DNA of 29,159 nucleotides from Betaproteobacteria bacterium (GTDB lineage Bacteria; Pseudomonadota; Gammaproteobacteria; Burkholderiales; Burkholderiaceae_C): NCBI GenBank assembly GCA_050256835.1, contig JBLMVT010000012.1, positions 1 to 29,159 of the forward strand, read 5' to 3'. Shown piece by piece: positions 26,016 to 29,159 of this stretch (position 1 is its first letter; each line of letters starts with the position of its first letter). The notes under the pieces were generated by a model. It saw only the letters and a program-made list of their open reading frames with translations, ran no database searches and was not told where the DNA came from. The position numbers and the translations under genes were made by a program.

Positions 26016-27848
26016 ATGCACCTGCCCCTGATCTGGCCCCTGTTGACGATTGACCGCCCGCGCTGGCGGGTCTGGCCGGCGCGCCGCCCCGCGAAGCGCA
26101 AGGCCGAATCTCCCGCCGCGAGCGACGCGCGGCAGGAGGTCGCCGTCGCGCTGTTCGATACCCTGCCCGAAGGATTGATGGTGACCGACGCGGAGCATCG
26201 GGTGGTCGACATCAACCCTGCCGGCTGCGCGCTGCTCGGCGAGCCCCGCGCGGCCGTGCTCGGCCGCGTGCCGGGGCTGTTGCAGGCGCTGCTCACCGAC
26301 CCGGGGCTGCAGGTCGAGCGCGAGCAGTTGCGCGCCGCCTGCGCTGCCGGCCTCCCCTGGCGCGGCGAGATCCGCCAGCGCCGACCCAACGGCGACCCGC
26401 GCGCGCTGAGGCTGACGATCGCCCGACTGGGTCCGGACGGCGGCCGCACCGGTCACGCGATCGCGCTGGCCGACATCACGCAGTCTTGGCTGCAGCACGA
26501 GCAGCTCGAGCGGCAGGTCTACCTCGATCCGCTGACCCAACTGCCGAATCGCCTGCGCCTGGCCGCGCTGCTGAAGCATGCGATGCAGGCGAGCGACGCC
26601 CAGGGCCACCTGCTGGTCGTCGCTTACCTCGACCTCGACCACTTCAAGCAGCTCAACGACCGGCTCGGGCACAGCACCGGCGACCGTGCGCTGGTCGAGA
26701 TCGCCGGCCGCCTGCGGGAGGCGCTGCGCTGCGAGAACGCCGGCGGCGGCGCACTGGCCCGGCTTGGGGGCGACGAGTTCGTGCTGCTGATCCGTGCCGC
26801 CTCGCACGACGAGGGCCGGCTGGCGATCGAACGCCTGCTCGGCGTGATCGCCGCGCCGCTGGCCTGCGCGCCCGGCCGCGAGTGCGTCACGGCCAGCGTC
26901 GGTGCCACCGTCTACCCGATGGACTGCGCCGATCCGGACACGGTCCTGCGCCATGCCGACCACGCGATGGTCGCCGCGAAGCAGGCCGGTCGCAGCGGCT
27001 ACCTGTTCTTCGACGCCGAGCACAGCCGGCAGACCGAGGCGCGCTTCGAGGCGCTCGGCCGCGTGCAGGAGGCGATCGATGCCGACGAATTCGCGCTGCA
27101 CTACCAGCCCAAGGTCGACCTGCGCAGCGGCGCGGTGCTCGGCGTCGAGGCGCTGCTGCGCTGGCGTCATCCGCGCGAGGGACTGATCACGCCGGGGCGT
27201 TTCCTGCCGCTGATCGAGCACACCAGCCTGTCGGAGCGACTGGGCGACTGGGTGTTCGAGCAGGCGGTTCGACAGCTGGCCACCTGGCGGCGCGCCGGCC
27301 TCGACCTCGCCGTCAGCGTCAACGTGTCGGCCCGTCACCTGCAATCGCCGCGCTTCGCCGAGCGGCTGCGCGAACTGCTGGCGTCACACCCCGGCGTGCA
27401 GGCGGGCCGGCTCGAGCTGGAAGTGCTGGAGACCGCCGCACTGGCCGACATCGATTACAGCGCGTCGCTGATGCAGCGCTGCCGCCAGTTCGGCGTGCGC
27501 TTCGCGCTCGACGACTTCGGCACCGGCTATTCGACGCTCACCTACCTGAAGCGGCTACCCCTGGACGTACTGAAGATCGACCGCTCGTTCGTCCACACGA
27601 TGCTCGAAGACCCCGAGGACCTGGCGATCGTCGAGGGCGTGATCGGCCTGGCGCGCACCTTCGGCTGCGCCGTCGTCGCCGAGGGCGTCGAGTCGGCCGA
27701 CCAGGCAGCCCGGCTGGTCGCGCTCGGCTGCCCGGTCGGCCAGGGCAACGGCATTGCCGAACCGATGCCGGCCGCCGAGGTTGCGGCCTGGGTGCGCGGC
27801 TGGCGCGGCCTGCCGCTGCCGGCGACCGCGCGGGAGGCCGCGGGCTAG
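26016..27848 (+). CDS. PAS-GGDEF-EAL c-di-GMP enzyme
   Basis: PAS (LPEGLMVTDAEHRVVDINPA), DPLTQLPNR, YLDLDHFKQLNDRLGH, RLGGDEF, YQPKV, VEALLRW, DDFGTGYS, LKIDRSFV, AEGVE. Both signature motifs are intact. The start is uncertain. Confidence 0.92.
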   Translation: MHLPLIWPLLTIDRPRWRVWPARRPAKRKAESPAASDARQEVAVALFDTLPEGLMVTDAEHRVVDINPAGCALLGEPRAAVLGRVPGLLQALLTDPGLQVEREQLRAACAAGLPWRGEIRQRRPNGDPRALRLTIARLGPDGGRTGHAIALADITQSWLQHEQLERQVYLDPLTQLPNRLRLAALLKHAMQASDAQGHLLVVAYLDLDHFKQLNDRLGHSTGDRALVEIAGRLREALRCENAGGGALARLGGDEFVLLIRAASHDEGRLAIERLLGVIAAPLACAPGRECVTASVGATVYPMDCADPDTVLRHADHAMVAAKQAGRSGYLFFDAEHSRQTEARFEALGRVQEAIDADEFALHYQPKVDLRSGAVLGVEALLRWRHPREGLITPGRFLPLIEHTSLSERLGDWVFEQAVRQLATWRRAGLDLAVSVNVSARHLQSPRFAERLRELLASHPGVQAGRLELEVLETAALADIDYSASLMQRCRQFGVRFALDDFGTGYSTLTYLKRLPLDVLKIDRSFVHTMLEDPEDLAIVEGVIGLARTFGCAVVAEGVESADQAARLVALGCPVGQGNGIAEPMPAAEVAAWVRGWRGLPLPATAREAAG

Positions 27849-27857
27849 ACTGGCGGC

Positions 27858-29159
27858 TTGATCCCGCCTGCCTTCGTCCACGATTTGCTCGCGCGCGTCG
27901 ACATCGTCGAGGTGGTCGGCCGCCATGTGCAGCTGAAGAAGGCAGGCACGATCCACAAGGGCCTGTGCCCGTTCCACGGCGAGAAGACGCCGAGTTTCAC
28001 CGTCAGCCCGACGCGCCAGACGTATCACTGCTTCGGCTGCGGCGCACACGGCAACGCGGTCGGCTTCCTGATGGAGCACGTCGGCCTGGGCTTCGTCGAC
28101 GCCGTGCGCGAACTGGCGCAACAGACCGGGCTGGCCGTGCCCGAGGACGATGCCACGCCCGAGGAGCGCGAGCGAGCGGCGCGCCTGAAGGAACGCCAGG
28201 GCAGCCTCGCCGACACGCTCGCCCGCGCCGCCGCCCATTACCGCGCTCAGCTCAAGGCCAGCCCGCGCGCGATCGACTACCTGAAGCGCCGCGGGCTGAC
28301 CGGCCAGATCGCGGCGCGCTTCGGGCTCGGCTACGCGCCCGATTCGTGGCGCGGTCTGGCCAGCGCGTTCCCGCGCTACGACGACCCCCTGCTGCAGGAA
28401 AGCGGGCTTGTGATCGTCTCCGGGGACGACGAAGCCGAGGCCAGGCGCTACGACCGCTTCCGCGACCGCATCATGTTCCCGATCCGGTCGGTGCAGGGAC
28501 AGGTCATCGGCTTCGGCGGACGCGTCATCGACCGGGGCGAGCCGAAGTACCTGAACTCGCCGGAGACGCCGCTGTTCAGCAAGGGCCGGGAGCTGTACGG
28601 GCTGTACGAGGCGCGGCAGGCGCTGCGCGAACGCGGCTTCGTGCTTGTCGTCGAGGGCTACATGGACGTGGTGGCGCTGGCCCAGCTCGGCTTCCCGAAC
28701 GCGGTCGCCACCCTGGGCACGGCGTGCACGGCCGAGCACGTGCAGAAGCTGTTCCGCTTCACCGACGCGGTGGTCTTCAGCTTCGACGGCGACGCCGCCG
28801 GCCGGCGTGCCGCCGGGCGGGCGCTCGAGGCGTCACTGCCCCATGCCAGCGACACGCGCAGCGTGCGCTTCCTGTTCTTGCCGCCCGAGCACGACCCCGA
28901 CTCGTTCGTTCGCGAGCGCGGCAGCCAGGCATTCGAGCGATGCATCGGCGAGGCCGTGCCGTTGTCGCGCCAGCTGCTCGAGGTCGCCCGCGAAGGCTGC
29001 GACCTCGGTTCCGCCGAGGGCCGCGCCCGCATGCTCGCCAACGCCCGGCCGCTGTGGCAGGCCCTGCCCGACGGCGCGCTGAAGCGCCAGCTGCTCAAGG
29101 ATCTGGCGCAGCAGGGTGCGCTCGCGCCGGAGGAACTCGACGCGCTGTGGCTGCCGGCG
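27858..29159 (+). CDS. dnaG: DNA primase (3'-truncated by the window edge)
   Basis: Not in the ORF track because it has no stop in the window. Manual translation from TTG: (M)IPPAFVHDLLARVDIV, zinc finger CPFHGEKTPSF...CFGCG, DRFRDRIMFPI, KYLNSPETPLF, and TOPRIM motifs VEGYMDV and FDGDAAG. Confidence 0.96.
   Translation, partial: MIPPAFVHDLLARVDIVEVVGRHVQLKKAGTIHKGLCPFHGEKTPSFTVSPTRQTYHCFGCGAHGNAVGFLMEHVGLGFVDAVRELAQQTGLAVPEDDATPEERERAARLKERQGSLADTLARAAAHYRAQLKASPRAIDYLKRRGLTGQIAARFGLGYAPDSWRGLASAFPRYDDPLLQESGLVIVSGDDEAEARRYDRFRDRIMFPIRSVQGQVIGFGGRVIDRGEPKYLNSPETPLFSKGRELYGLYEARQALRERGFVLVVEGYMDVVALAQLGFPNAVATLGTACTAEHVQKLFRFTDAVVFSFDGDAAGRRAAGRALEASLPHASDTRSVRFLFLPPEHDPDSFVRERGSQAFERCIGEAVPLSRQLLEVAREGCDLGSAEGRARMLANARPLWQALPDGALKRQLLKDLAQQGALAPEELDALWLPA

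Noticed and set aside
1-29159. CRISPR array
   Set aside because: All periodic repeats lie inside coding sequences with codon-multiple periods; there is no repeat-spacer structure and no cas gene.

Overview
High-GC betaproteobacterial (Burkholderiales-like) window in three parts. (1) 1-11433: a signalling block. A tightly coupled minus-strand operon carries three tandem, transporter-less ABC-type substrate-binding proteins (plus a 26-codon remnant of a fourth), a Cache/HAMP/6xGAF histidine kinase, a single-domain response regulator and a receiver-class III nucleotide cyclase with non-canonical specificity residues. It is flanked by a truncated TolB-like/TPR gene and a divergent membrane protein with a cyclic-nucleotide-binding domain. 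(2) 11437-19763: an accessory locus directly downstream of a tRNA-Pro 3' end, encoding an OmpA-domain protein, a TpsB transporter and a 1897-aa HMW1/FHA-like TpsA. The TpsA carries five YDG-type stalk repeats and ends in a caspase-family (C14) domain with an intact His/Cys dyad and no immunity gene; this is the best candidate for a little-described system. (3) 19805-29159: core genes tRNA-Pro(TGG), hrpA, argA, yggX, an H-NS-family gene, a PAS-GGDEF-EAL gene and the 5' part of dnaG. hrpA is interrupted by one in-frame TAG and hosts an in-frame palindromic element. Family assignments come from recognising motifs by eye; no database search was run.
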